Positions 1 to 9,676 of a stretch of DNA of 64,000 nucleotides are shown here, piece after piece; positions within the stretch are counted from its first letter, which is position 1; each line of letters opens with the position of its first letter. The notes under the pieces are model-generated. The model worked only from the letters and a program-made list of their open reading frames with translations. It was not told where the DNA came from and did no database searches. Source of the stretch: Candidatus Babeliales bacterium (GTDB lineage: Bacteria > Babelota > Babeliae > Babelales > JANWKD01); contig CAVRJM010000001.1 in the NCBI GenBank assembly GCA_963722075.1, positions 224,001 to 288,000 of the forward strand, given 5' to 3'. A program made the position numbers and the translations under genes.

Positions 1-151
1 GGCGACTAGGCAATTGAAATGAATTAACCGGTGATTGTGCTAGTAATCGAGCAATAGGGGTTTGATTAGGTGAGGGATTAGGATCCTCCATTGCCCTAAA
101 GGTAGTGGGTACTAAACTGATAATAAGTAAAAAAAAGCTCCATTTATTCAT
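1..151 (-). CDS. 5' end of a secreted protein paralogous to 216..1283 (runs off the window)
   Basis: Manual translation from ATG at 151: MNKWSFFLLIISLVPTTFRAMEDPNPSPNQ..., nearly identical to the N-terminus of the next gene; open to position 1. Confidence 0.85.
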   Translation of the reverse strand, partial: MNKWSFFLLIISLVPTTFRAMEDPNPSPNQTPIARLLAQSPVNSFQLPSR

Positions 152-225
152 AAAGATATTCCTTTTTAAATAAAATCTATTATATACTATAATTTTATAT
201 TAAATTTTCAATTTGTCAATAAAAT
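74..225. repeat. Copy 1 of a ~150 bp direct repeat (promoter, start, signal peptide, AMEDPNP); copy 2 at 1209..1354
   Basis: GGGATTAGGATCCTCCATTGCCCTAAAGGTAGT...CATTTATTCATAA...AAATTTTCAATTTGTCAATAAAAT present at both places. Confidence 0.9.
192..219 (-). promoter_or_regulatory. Putative sigma70 promoter TTGACA-N16-TAAAAT
   Basis: Consensus -35 and near-consensus -10; identical arrangement at 1321..1348 and 63107..63134. Confidence 0.55.
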
Positions 226-1283
226 AGGCGGTAATCTTTGGCCACCTCTTGTGGCACTGGGTTGAGAATCCGTAATAGTTGCAATAATGATTCGCGCTGC
301 TGACTCTCCTCTTCTTCTTCTTGGTAGCTAACTGGTCGATCTGCAAATATTGATTGAGGAGGTGTTGGTGCTATTGTATTTCCATTATTATTGGCAATGG
401 GGTCTGGAAATTCTAAATATTTTTCCCAATTATTGTTTTCATCGTCTAGGAGATTAGTCTCTTGTGTTGTTGTATTATTTTGCAATTGGCTATATCCGGT
501 ATAAGTTTTGCAATGTTTTTTGAGGCCAGATTTAGTTTTGAAGGATTTTTTGCAATTTTCATGGGTACATTGGTGAGGTTTGCCATTATGTTCTTCTTTA
601 ATATGAATAGAATATTTTATTGTAGATATAAAAATTTTATTGCAACCAATTGCAGGGCATTTGTAAGGATATGTTTGTGGAATTGGTGTTGATTTTCTTT
701 TACGAGAATTGCTTATCATGAGAGTCGTATTATTTTGGGGTTGAGTAAGATTGTTTGATAAATTCATAAGGGCACTATCAATCGTATCATGATAAAGCGC
801 TTTATGTATTGCTAAAATATGTCGATGTTTTGGTTTTGCGGGGCAGTAGCCTATCGGACATATCAGTTGCTGTGGGGTCGCCATATGCCTATGGTCTTGC
901 GAGCAATGCTTGGAATAAGCATTAAGATTTGTAAATTTTTTATTACAATATATGCATATAATTGATAGTATAATATGGATCGTTAAATGGGACTGTAAAG
1001 TAGAATTGAGCATTGTATCACTAGAGAAATTTTTCTTGCAGAGGTTACAGGTAGCGGTATTATTAGAGCGGGTTGCATGACTTAGTTTCATATGCGCTAA
1101 TAATTCATGAAATTTCATTGGAGGTTTTATACAGTCGGAATCGGGGCACTTAAATGAGTTAACCCATTGCGCTGCTGGTTGGGTAACAGATGTTTGATTA
1201 GAAGTTGGGGGATTAGGATCCTCCATTGCCCTAAAGGTAGTAGGCAGTAAGCTAATCAGTAGAAAAAGACTCCATTTATTCAT
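216..1283 (-). CDS. Secreted multi-C2H2 zinc-finger protein (candidate host-nuclear effector)
   Basis: Likely start ATG 1283; Sec-type signal; about six CxxC/Cx4C...HxxxH units including YKCPAIGCNKIF...HIKEEH-NGKP-HQCTHENCKKSF; basic RKRK; acidic C-terminus. Confidence 0.85.
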   Translation of the reverse strand: MNKWSLFLLISLLPTTFRAMEDPNPPTSNQTSVTQPAAQWVNSFKCPDSDCIKPPMKFHELLAHMKLSHATRSNNTATCNLCKKNFSSDTMLNSTLQSHLTIHIILSIICIYCNKKFTNLNAYSKHCSQDHRHMATPQQLICPIGYCPAKPKHRHILAIHKALYHDTIDSALMNLSNNLTQPQNNTTLMISNSRKRKSTPIPQTYPYKCPAIGCNKIFISTIKYSIHIKEEHNGKPHQCTHENCKKSFKTKSGLKKHCKTYTGYSQLQNNTTTQETNLLDDENNNWEKYLEFPDPIANNNGNTIAPTPPQSIFADRPVSYQEEEEESQQRESLLQLLRILNPVPQEVAKDYRLFY

Positions 1284-1354
1284 AAGAATATTCCTTAAAC
1301 AAAATCTATTATATATTATAATTTTAAGGTAAATTTTCAATTTGTCAATAAAAT
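1209..1354. repeat. Copy 2 of the promoter plus signal-peptide direct repeat
   Basis: Matches 74..225. Confidence 0.9.
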
Positions 1355-1449
1355 TACTCCAAAAGATTTAAGAATTTTGTTATCTATTGAGTACCTAAGT
1401 AGAGCCTGGGTTAGTAAGATATTTTGATCTTAATTTGTATTGCAATGTA

Positions 1450-2085
1450 TTAATAAGAATCAAAAAGCGCGGAGGGATTAGATGTGTTGATTAATGCCAA
1501 TAATCCTAAGAGTTCTTGTTGATGCTGTTTATAACTTTCCGATTGAGTTTCATATGTAGTTGGCGCAGTTGGCAAATTGTACTGATCATATTGTTTAATA
1601 GCTGCTGATAATGCAGCTATTTTATTTTTTATTTCTTGAGTATAACTGGTTGTTTCTTTTTCAATTTCTTTTGCCGTGGTGATTGGTAGTACATTGTTGT
1701 TAGTATCATCGTTGTCAAAAGTTAAGTGTATAAAATTCATAGTAGGTGTTTCATCAGTAAAATTATACGTTGTAGGACGACTTCGGGGTATGTTAACACA
1801 ATCTCGGGATTTATGTACGTTTAAGCTATGTTGATTAAAGAAGCTTTCCGAGCAGTCGGGGCAGCGATGATCTAACGTGCGATGATCTATTAAATGCCTT
1901 TTTAGATCTGAGTGATGAAAAAAACGCTTCGAGCAACTTACATACTTACATTGGTACTGTTTATGGTGAAAATCGTTAGCTGAACGCTTTCTTTTTTGAG
2001 GATCTTTTTGGTTTTCCATACTTATTAGAGAAAAATATGGAAAGCTCATACTAATAATAAATGCAAAAAATCTTCGTTTGCTCAT
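1450..2085 (-). CDS. Secreted C2H2 zinc-finger protein (two fingers)
   Basis: ATG 2085 preceded by AAAGGAG; signal peptide; QKRKRS; YQCKYVSCSKRFFHHSDLKRHLIDH and CPDCSESFFNQHSLNVHKSRDC. Confidence 0.85.
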   Translation of the reverse strand: MSKRRFFAFIISMSFPYFSLISMENQKDPQKRKRSANDFHHKQYQCKYVSCSKRFFHHSDLKRHLIDHRTLDHRCPDCSESFFNQHSLNVHKSRDCVNIPRSRPTTYNFTDETPTMNFIHLTFDNDDTNNNVLPITTAKEIEKETTSYTQEIKNKIAALSAAIKQYDQYNLPTAPTTYETQSESYKQHQQELLGLLALINTSNPSALFDSY

Positions 2086-2423
2086 AGGTGCTCCTTTCTG
2101 GACTATTTTTATCGATGTTAGAGTGGTGGCATCTTCTATAATAGCGTATTGATTATCCGCGAAGGAACAAATTGCATATTTGTAAATTATTTTAATGCGG
2201 CATACTCTGTAATAATTAATTGCAGCTGGATAAAAACGATAGCGCAATCGGAGAATCTTGCCGTGAATGTGTGTGTGCCCTATAAGCATTTAAATTGCTG
2301 GTTTATTTAAATGAGTAAGATTAGTTCTTTAAAATTTCCTTATCCATGGCATACTAGGCGTTGTTGAGTTTTTTTTAGGTAACAATTATAAGAAGTACTA
2401 CTTAACGTTTTAAAGATTGTTTT

Positions 2424-4154
2424 ATGAATAGCATTCAGGGACATAAATATCGCTGGAAATTGCCTACCATCGATCAACAAGAAACAATGGCAATAGCGGC
2501 ATCATATAATCTTTCGGCTCCTATTGCACAAACAGTATTGAGTCGTGGTTTTCTTTCTCCTGAGTCAATTAAATCGTATTTATTTACCTCATATGAAAAT
2601 GAGATAACACATCCTTCTTTATTAAAAGATGCTCAAAAAGCCGTCACTCGAATTATACATGCTCTTGAGCATAAAGAAAAAATATTAATCGCGGGTGATT
2701 ATGATGTTGATGGTATCACCTCTGCTTCTTTAATGATGATCTGCTTAGTGCCGCTGGGTGCTCACATTAATTTTTTTCTGCCGCATCGGGTGCGCGATGG
2801 GTATGGGCTTTCAACTAAGGTAGTAGAACGCGCAGCAGAAAATAATTATAAGGTTATTATTACGGTCGATAATGGTATTACTGCTTTTGAACCGGCTCAA
2901 AAAGCCAAGCAATTTGGTATTGATCTTATTATTACCGATCATCATAGGCCACATGATCAAGTGCCTGAGGCATTTGCTATTATTAATCCACACCAAAAAG
3001 ATTGTCCGTACCCGTATAAGAAATTTGCAGGAGTAGGGGTAGGTTTTAAGATTTTGTCGCTTTTATACGAACAACTCAAGTTGCCGCTTCCTCCCAAAGC
3101 ATACGAGTTGTTACTATTAGGAACCGTTGCCGATGTGGTTCCATTGACCGGAGAAAATCGCTATTGGGTGCGCCATGGTCTTTCATATATTAATAGTTAC
3201 GAAAGCTATTCGTTAAAAATTTTAAAAGAAAATGGTAAAGTAGTACGTACGCCCTTATCTGCAACTGATATTGGTTTCTCAATTACGCCTCAAATAAATG
3301 CCTTAGGACGATTAGAAGATCCGCGCGAAGGGGTAAAGTTTTTAATTGGTTCAGAAGTGAGTACGGTAGAGCGCGTTGGTAAGGTTCTCTTTGAACTTAA
3401 CCAAACACGTAAAGAAATTGAGCGTGCTGTTTTTTCGGACATAAAAAAAGAAATTGATAATGGTACTATTAACATTGAACATGAGCATATTATTATGGCA
3501 GCAAGTGCTGCATGGCCACCGGGCGTTATTGGCTTAGTAGCATCGCGCTTAGTAGGTGCCTATGGTAAGCCTACTATTTTATTTCATCTGACTAAAGAAG
3601 GTGTTGCCAAAGGCTCTTGTCGTTCTATTACAGAGTTTAATATTTTTGAAGCGTTGCAAGAGCAGCGTGAATTGCTGATCAACTTTGGCGGACATGCAGC
3701 GGCGGCGGGGCTTTCATTAGCGGTTGATAAAATTCCACTCCTTAAACAACGTCTTGAAGAACGTATACGCAGTAGTCTCACGCTTGAAGATTTACAACAG
3801 AAAATTGTATTGGATGCGCAGCTTAATTTACCCGATATAACTTCTAAATTTATGAAGGATATGGACTACTTGCAACCGTTTGGTCATGAAAACCCAGCGC
3901 CTGTTTTTTATCTTAAAAATGTCACCATGGTACAAGCACCTATTTTAATGAAAGATGCCCATGTAAAATGTGCGGTATTTGCTGAAGGAGTTATTAAGCC
4001 GTTAGTATTTTTTAATCGGCCTGAACTCTTTGAATATTTGCGCAATCATAGTGCCGATTCCTTTGATGTTGCTGTACAGGTAACCCAAAATCATTGGAAT
4101 AATAAAGTTACCTTAGAATTAATAGGAGTTGATATTGCATGCAGACAGGAATGA
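2424..4154 (+). CDS. recJ: ssDNA-specific exonuclease RecJ
   Basis: GDYDVDG, ITVDNG, TDHH, GTVADVVPL and GGHAAAAG DHH/DHHA1 motifs. Confidence 0.97.
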   Translation: MNSIQGHKYRWKLPTIDQQETMAIAASYNLSAPIAQTVLSRGFLSPESIKSYLFTSYENEITHPSLLKDAQKAVTRIIHALEHKEKILIAGDYDVDGITSASLMMICLVPLGAHINFFLPHRVRDGYGLSTKVVERAAENNYKVIITVDNGITAFEPAQKAKQFGIDLIITDHHRPHDQVPEAFAIINPHQKDCPYPYKKFAGVGVGFKILSLLYEQLKLPLPPKAYELLLLGTVADVVPLTGENRYWVRHGLSYINSYESYSLKILKENGKVVRTPLSATDIGFSITPQINALGRLEDPREGVKFLIGSEVSTVERVGKVLFELNQTRKEIERAVFSDIKKEIDNGTINIEHEHIIMAASAAWPPGVIGLVASRLVGAYGKPTILFHLTKEGVAKGSCRSITEFNIFEALQEQRELLINFGGHAAAAGLSLAVDKIPLLKQRLEERIRSSLTLEDLQQKIVLDAQLNLPDITSKFMKDMDYLQPFGHENPAPVFYLKNVTMVQAPILMKDAHVKCAVFAEGVIKPLVFFNRPELFEYLRNHSADSFDVAVQVTQNHWNNKVTLELIGVDIACRQE

Positions 4155-4843
4155 TTATTACTATTGACGGTCCTGCTGCCAGTGGCAAATCATCGGCAGC
4201 ACGCGCGCTTGCACAAAAATTACACTATTATTACCTTAATAGCGGTATGTTATATCGTGCAGTGGGATATTGCTTACTAAACAATGCACGGGTGCCACTT
4301 GATGAGCTTGCTCATGCAGATGTGCGCCAGTATACAGCATGTTTACAAACACTGGAATACCATTACGATACTGCTACTGGTCTTATGAGCATCGTAATTG
4401 AAAAAAAAGAGGTAACTTCTTCTTTTTTAAAAGATCCGGTGATTGATCAAGCAGCTTCGTTGGTAGGTGAAAATAAAACAGTTCGAGTAGTACTATTACA
4501 TCTGCAACAACAAATTGGTTTGCGCCATCCTAACCTTATTGCTGAGGGGCGCGATGCCGGTTCTGTGGTTTTTCCGCAGGCAGAATTAAAATTTTTTTTA
4601 ACAGCGCAGCAAGATGTTCGTGCATTGCGTTGGCTTAATGAGCAGATTAATAAAGGGAACATGAATATTACTTTTGAGCAGGCATTACAGATGATTAAGG
4701 AACGAGATGAGCGTGATATTAATAGGCCTTACGCGCCGTTACATATAGCTGCTGATGATATTGTTATTGATAATTCATCTATGGATTTGGCACAAACGAT
4801 TAATACCATTCTTACGATTATTCATAAGCATGAAAGTGCATAA
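4151..4843 (+). CDS. cmk: Cytidylate kinase
   Basis: ITIDGPAASGKS P-loop, SGMLYRA, EGRDAGSVVFP; ATGA overlap with the recJ stop. Confidence 0.95.
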   Translation: MIITIDGPAASGKSSAARALAQKLHYYYLNSGMLYRAVGYCLLNNARVPLDELAHADVRQYTACLQTLEYHYDTATGLMSIVIEKKEVTSSFLKDPVIDQAASLVGENKTVRVVLLHLQQQIGLRHPNLIAEGRDAGSVVFPQAELKFFLTAQQDVRALRWLNEQINKGNMNITFEQALQMIKERDERDINRPYAPLHIAADDIVIDNSSMDLAQTINTILTIIHKHESA

Positions 4844-4878
4844 AAAAAGGGGAAGTGAATGACACTTCCCCTTTTTTT
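4843..4878. terminator. Bidirectional intrinsic terminator
   Basis: AAAAAAAGGGGAAGTG-aatga-CACTTCCCCTTTTTTT between convergent genes. Confidence 0.85.
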
Positions 4879-4900
4879 CATAACAGATAAAAATCTATTA

Positions 4901-5401
4901 TTACATGGTTTCTTCAGCCATAGCAGGTGCTGGAGCGCGTCCGCCATTTTTCATAGCTTTGCGTGCAGCTTTTGCTTGAGCTTCTTGTTGTAATTGTGCA
5001 TTATGATCTGCCCAACGGCTGTCTAAATAACGAATCTGTTTTCCTGTTTTTTCAACATGTTCCATAACGCCAGGGTGAACTGGTTTATGATAGGTAGGTT
5101 TGTTTTGGTAAACTGCAGGTGAGGTGCCAACGGGACAGGTTGCTGGTTCAGCAGATTTTCTACCACCACGTGTACCGCGTTCACGGTATACATTTTGGCG
5201 CCATCCTTGTTGTTCTTCATAACCTATAAGTTCTTTACCATCATTGCAACCATCATCATAACAACCTTCATCACAATAATCATCATAATAATCATCGCAA
5301 TAATTCTCACATGGTGCTTCACACGTTCTACGACAGCACCAACAGCCAGGAAGTGCTAGAATGCTGCCTATGCAGACAAGCGCCAATAACAATTTCTTCA
5401 T
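4901..5401 (-). CDS. Small cysteine-rich putative lipoprotein
   Basis: Signal with lipobox-like LPG|C followed by WCCRRTCEAPCENYCDDYYDDYCDEGCYDDGC; AGGAG RBS. Confidence 0.75.
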   Translation of the reverse strand: MKKLLLALVCIGSILALPGCWCCRRTCEAPCENYCDDYYDDYCDEGCYDDGCNDGKELIGYEEQQGWRQNVYRERGTRGGRKSAEPATCPVGTSPAVYQNKPTYHKPVHPGVMEHVEKTGKQIRYLDSRWADHNAQLQQEAQAKAARKAMKNGGRAPAPAMAEETM

Positions 5402-5478
5402 ACAATCTCCTTAGAAGATATTGGTTAAACATTTTCTGCACATAATGTAGTAAAAAAATAGGGATAAATGCAAGTCCT

Positions 5479-7920
5479 TTATTTTTTCTTATTCTTGGCA
5501 GTTGATTTCTTGTTATTGCCATTTTTACCGTTTTTGCCGTTCTTCTTGAGTTCTTTTGCTTTTTCATAGGGATTTTTGTAAAAGGCATTGGCAAGCACTT
5601 CATCAATAGTATCTACATAAATAATAGTCAGATTGAGGGGGGTATCTTTGAGTACTTCCTCAATGTCATCCTGATTTTCTTTAGGTACTAATACGGTGGT
5701 TAAATTATGTTGCTGGGCAGCAAGAAGTTTTTCTTTAAGACCTCCTACTGAAAGAACGCGACCGCGGAGAGTAATTTCACCAGTCATAGCCACATCAGGG
5801 CGTGTTGGATTTTTAGTGAGTGCTGAAATTAAAGAAACACACATGGTAATACCAGCGGAAGGACCATCTTTAGGGGTAGCGCCTTCAGGAATATGAATAT
5901 GCAGATCTTTACTTGAATAAAATGATTCTTTGAGACCAAGTTCTGAAGCGCGGGATCTAATATAGCTTAAAGCTGCGTAGGCAGATTCCTGCATCACTTC
6001 ACCTAGTTGACCCGTTAAGGTTAACCCGCCTTTACCCGGTAATACTGATGTTTCAATTTCTAATACATCACCACCAACTTCTGTCCATGCAAGTCCGGTA
6101 GCAATACCGATACGCTCTTTTAATAAATCTAATGTTGTTTTTTTATATTTAGGATGGCCAAGCCATTGTTTAATATACTCATCAGTTATAACCAGTGAAG
6201 TGGTATGGGAATCCTTGAGGAATACCTGAATGGTTTTACGCATTAATTTAGTAAGAATGCGCTCTAATTGACGTACGCCAGCTTCTTTTGTGTATTCGCT
6301 AATAATTTTATATAAGCTGACGTCAGTTATGTGAAACTGTTTTTTATTGAGTTGGTACTCTTTAAGCGCTTTAGGAATGAGGAAATTGCGTGCAATATCT
6401 TCCTTTTCCTTTTCAGTATAGCCTGAAAGAGTAATAATTTCCATACGATCAAAGAGTGGGTATGGAATCCCTTCGATCATATTTGCCGTAGCAATAAACA
6501 TAACTTTAGAAAGATCGTATTCCATATCAAGAAAATGATCGGTAAATGCTTTATTTTGTTCTGGATCAAGTACTTCCAATAGTGCTGATGCGGGATCACC
6601 ATGAATATCACGTGCCATTTTATCAATTTCATCAAGCAAAATAAGCGGGTTTAATGTTTTTGCTTTACGCATCCCTTGAATAATTTTACCCGGCAGAGCA
6701 CCGATATACGTTCTTCGGTGTCCTCTAATTTCTGCTTCATCTTTAATACCGCCCAAGGAAATACGCACAAATTCGCGTCCTAAGCTTTTTGCAATGGAGC
6801 TGGCAAGCGATGTTTTACCAACGCCGGGCGGCCCAACCAAGCAAATAATTGGTGAACGCTCAATTGATTTAGAAAATTTTTTAGCAGCGATAAATTCGAT
6901 TATACGTTCTTTTGGCTTTGAGAGCCCTGCATGCTGCTTATTAAGAATTTTTTCTGCTTGTTCAAGGCTGATGGTATCTTTGCTTTGTTTTTTCCATGGT
7001 ATAGAAAGTATCCAATCAATGTAATTACGTGACACTGCTGCCTCAGAAGAAAGTGGCGGCATTTGTTCTAAGCGCTTAAGTTCTTTTTCTACTTTTTCAA
7101 ACGCTTCCTCTGAAAGGCCTAGATTTTTTGCTTTAGCGCGTAATTGAGATATTTCTGCTCCTTGATCTTCCCGTCCAAGTTCTTTGTGAATAGCTTTAAG
7201 CTGTTCGGTAAGATAATATTCACGCTGACTCTTTTCTACTTGGCTTTGAATACGCCCTTTAATGCGCTGCTCCGTTTGTAGAATATCAATTTCTTTTTTT
7301 AATAAAGAACTGAGCTTAATGAGCCGTTCGCCTAAATCAGGAGTTTCAAGCATTGCTTGGCGTTCATCAAAAGAAAGATTGATATGAACGGCGATCGTAT
7401 CAGCAATCGCATCCATATCTTCTACTGATTTGGCAATAGTCATCAAGTCTACTGGAACTTTTTCATTGAATTTAGTATAGGTTTCATAGAGTTCTTTAAG
7501 ATGGCGCCAGAGCGCTTCTATTTCTACCGTCTTTTCAAGCCCTGTTGTTGGCATATCGATAATGGTAACACCGATAAAGCCATGGGTTTGATCTGCTTGA
7601 GTAATACGCGCGCGTGCAATACCTTCTACCAAAATTTTTAATGATCCATTGGGCATACGCATTACTTGTAGGATGGTTGCCCTGGTTCCTACATGAAAAA
7701 TATCGTCTTCGGTTGGATTTTCAGTGGCAGCATTTTTTTGAGTGGAAATAAAGATTGATTTATCATCTTTAAGGGCAAATTCTACTGCTTGAATAGAAGA
7801 TGGGCGACCAACAATAATAGGAAGAATACTTTTAGGAAGAATGATGACATTTTTAAGAGGCAATAATGGTAGATAATGGGAAGTGGGAACTATTGCTGTT
7901 TCATGATTTTCTTGTTTCAT
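5479..7920 (-). CDS. lon: ATP-dependent Lon protease
   Basis: GPPGVGKTS Walker A, LLDEIDK, PKDGPSAG catalytic Ser, VGGLKEK. Confidence 0.98.
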   Translation of the reverse strand: MKQENHETAIVPTSHYLPLLPLKNVIILPKSILPIIVGRPSSIQAVEFALKDDKSIFISTQKNAATENPTEDDIFHVGTRATILQVMRMPNGSLKILVEGIARARITQADQTHGFIGVTIIDMPTTGLEKTVEIEALWRHLKELYETYTKFNEKVPVDLMTIAKSVEDMDAIADTIAVHINLSFDERQAMLETPDLGERLIKLSSLLKKEIDILQTEQRIKGRIQSQVEKSQREYYLTEQLKAIHKELGREDQGAEISQLRAKAKNLGLSEEAFEKVEKELKRLEQMPPLSSEAAVSRNYIDWILSIPWKKQSKDTISLEQAEKILNKQHAGLSKPKERIIEFIAAKKFSKSIERSPIICLVGPPGVGKTSLASSIAKSLGREFVRISLGGIKDEAEIRGHRRTYIGALPGKIIQGMRKAKTLNPLILLDEIDKMARDIHGDPASALLEVLDPEQNKAFTDHFLDMEYDLSKVMFIATANMIEGIPYPLFDRMEIITLSGYTEKEKEDIARNFLIPKALKEYQLNKKQFHITDVSLYKIISEYTKEAGVRQLERILTKLMRKTIQVFLKDSHTTSLVITDEYIKQWLGHPKYKKTTLDLLKERIGIATGLAWTEVGGDVLEIETSVLPGKGGLTLTGQLGEVMQESAYAALSYIRSRASELGLKESFYSSKDLHIHIPEGATPKDGPSAGITMCVSLISALTKNPTRPDVAMTGEITLRGRVLSVGGLKEKLLAAQQHNLTTVLVPKENQDDIEEVLKDTPLNLTIIYVDTIDEVLANAFYKNPYEKAKELKKNGKNGKNGNNKKSTAKNKKK

Positions 7921-8209
7921 ACTATTGCCTTACAATTTAATTTTTCTATTTGAATTTATAACGATATAAAAATATACATTTATTATGCGCTCAGAAGGTG
8001 TTTTGGACTAAAGATGACTAGGGTGAGCTGCTTTATCAGCTTCGTATACGATTCTTATATGTAGTTTAGAGTAGCAAAAAGAGAAATGATAGTAAATCTT
8101 TACACGTAAAGGCTTTTAATAATAAGTAATTTTTGCATATTTTTTTACAAATGATTAATCTTTTGTTAGGGTATACATAGGAATATAAACATTGTTAAAC
8201 GAGGATTCT

Positions 8210-9559
8210 ATGGATAATAGTTCGACTATTAAGACATGGTGGGGTACTTTTACCAGGCCAGAGCTTAAGAAATTTTCTTTATTAGGTGGTATTTTTGGAT
8301 TTACCATTGGTGTATACTGGCTTTTAAGGCCTATCAAAGATGGTGTTTTCAATCAGTATGTGGGTGCTACCTACATCCCTACGGCAAAGCTCGTTTCTCT
8401 GGTTGTTGTTATTCCATTAGTTATAGTCTATTCCAAGCTCGTTGATGCGTTCCCGCGTCAACGCGTATTCTATGCATTAAGTGGTATTTATGCATTACTA
8501 GCGCTCGGTTTGGGCCTAATTATGATGCACCCTGAACTGGGAATGCATATGGCAATTCCTCAAGTGGGCCACCCATCAATCTGGGGAAGACTCATTGGCT
8601 GGTTTGCATATTCCTATGTAGAAAGTTTTGGTTCCATTATGGTGGCGCTCTTCTGGGCATTTGCTGCTGACACCACCACTCCTGAATCAGCAAAGCGAGG
8701 GTATGCACTTGTTGCGTTTGGGGCTCAATTGGGTGGGATTCTTGGGCCTCTGGTGGCTGCAACGCAAGCTGAAAAAATTGGAGAGCCAATCTTATTATTA
8801 ATCGCCAGTGTGGTGATGCTTGGTATCGGTGGTATGGTATGGTATTTCATGCGCGTTACTCCTAAAGAAGAACTTGCAGGGTATCAAGCTGCTGGTGCAC
8901 ATGCAAAGCCAAAAGAAAAAACAAACTTTATGGATGATATGAAGCTTCTTTTCTCTCAACCATATTTACTGGGTATTTTTGGCGTTATTACGTTATATGA
9001 AGTAATTGTAACTATTTTTGACTTTTATTTAAAATATTTCGCTTCATTAGAATTTAATGGTGCAGGAGAATATACCGCGTACTTAGGTATGTATGGCGTA
9101 TATACCAATATCCTTGCCTGTATTTGCGTTTTCTTAGGGGTAAATAATATTGGTAGAAAATTAGGTCTTGGTGTAGCGCTTACCATTACGCCCGTTATTA
9201 TTGCAATTGCGGCACTTATTCTTGCCTTTAAACCGACACTTTCAATTGCTTTCTGGATTATGGTGTTCTGTAAAGGTCTTAATTACGCGCTTAATCAGCC
9301 GTCTAAAGAACAGCTTTATATTCCTACAACTCCTGAAACTAAATATAAAGTTAAAGCATTTATGGAAATGTTTGGTTCTCGTAGTTCAAAAGCATTTGGT
9401 TCGCTTATTAACATTGTTAAACAATTTGTTAGCAGTGAATCATTCATACTCTTTTCGACTGTAGCATCACTGGGTATGGTTGGCGTGTGGCTCTATGCGG
9501 CGTTGTTCCTTGCAAAGACACACAAACAAGCGATTGCTGAGAAACGAGTTGTATGTTAA
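8210..9559 (+). CDS. TLC/NTT-family nucleotide (ADP/ATP) translocase
   Basis: About 12 TM helices; LRPIKD, LFWAFA, AKRGY, KGLNYALNQPSKEQLYIP and KYKVK motifs; GAGG RBS before ATG 8210. Confidence 0.9.
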   Translation: MDNSSTIKTWWGTFTRPELKKFSLLGGIFGFTIGVYWLLRPIKDGVFNQYVGATYIPTAKLVSLVVVIPLVIVYSKLVDAFPRQRVFYALSGIYALLALGLGLIMMHPELGMHMAIPQVGHPSIWGRLIGWFAYSYVESFGSIMVALFWAFAADTTTPESAKRGYALVAFGAQLGGILGPLVAATQAEKIGEPILLLIASVVMLGIGGMVWYFMRVTPKEELAGYQAAGAHAKPKEKTNFMDDMKLLFSQPYLLGIFGVITLYEVIVTIFDFYLKYFASLEFNGAGEYTAYLGMYGVYTNILACICVFLGVNNIGRKLGLGVALTITPVIIAIAALILAFKPTLSIAFWIMVFCKGLNYALNQPSKEQLYIPTTPETKYKVKAFMEMFGSRSSKAFGSLINIVKQFVSSESFILFSTVASLGMVGVWLYAALFLAKTHKQAIAEKRVVC

Positions 9560-9592
9560 TTACAGCAATTAATAATGAAAATTAATTAGTAT

Positions 9593-9622
9593 AAAGGCCT
9601 TCTAAAAAAAGAAGGCCTTTTT
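9593..9622 (+). terminator. Intrinsic terminator
   Basis: AAAGGCCTTCT-loop-AGAAGGCCTTT followed by TT. Confidence 0.75.
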
Positions 9623-9676
9623 GTGTTAGTAGCATTTTTTGCATTATTCATTTATAAGATTTCTAGGGGACGCTAT

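Noticed and set aside
2086..2289. N-terminal extensions given in the ORF track (also 1284..1340 and 47069..47206)
   Set aside because: Downstream ATGs fit the RBS, signal-peptide or homology boundaries better
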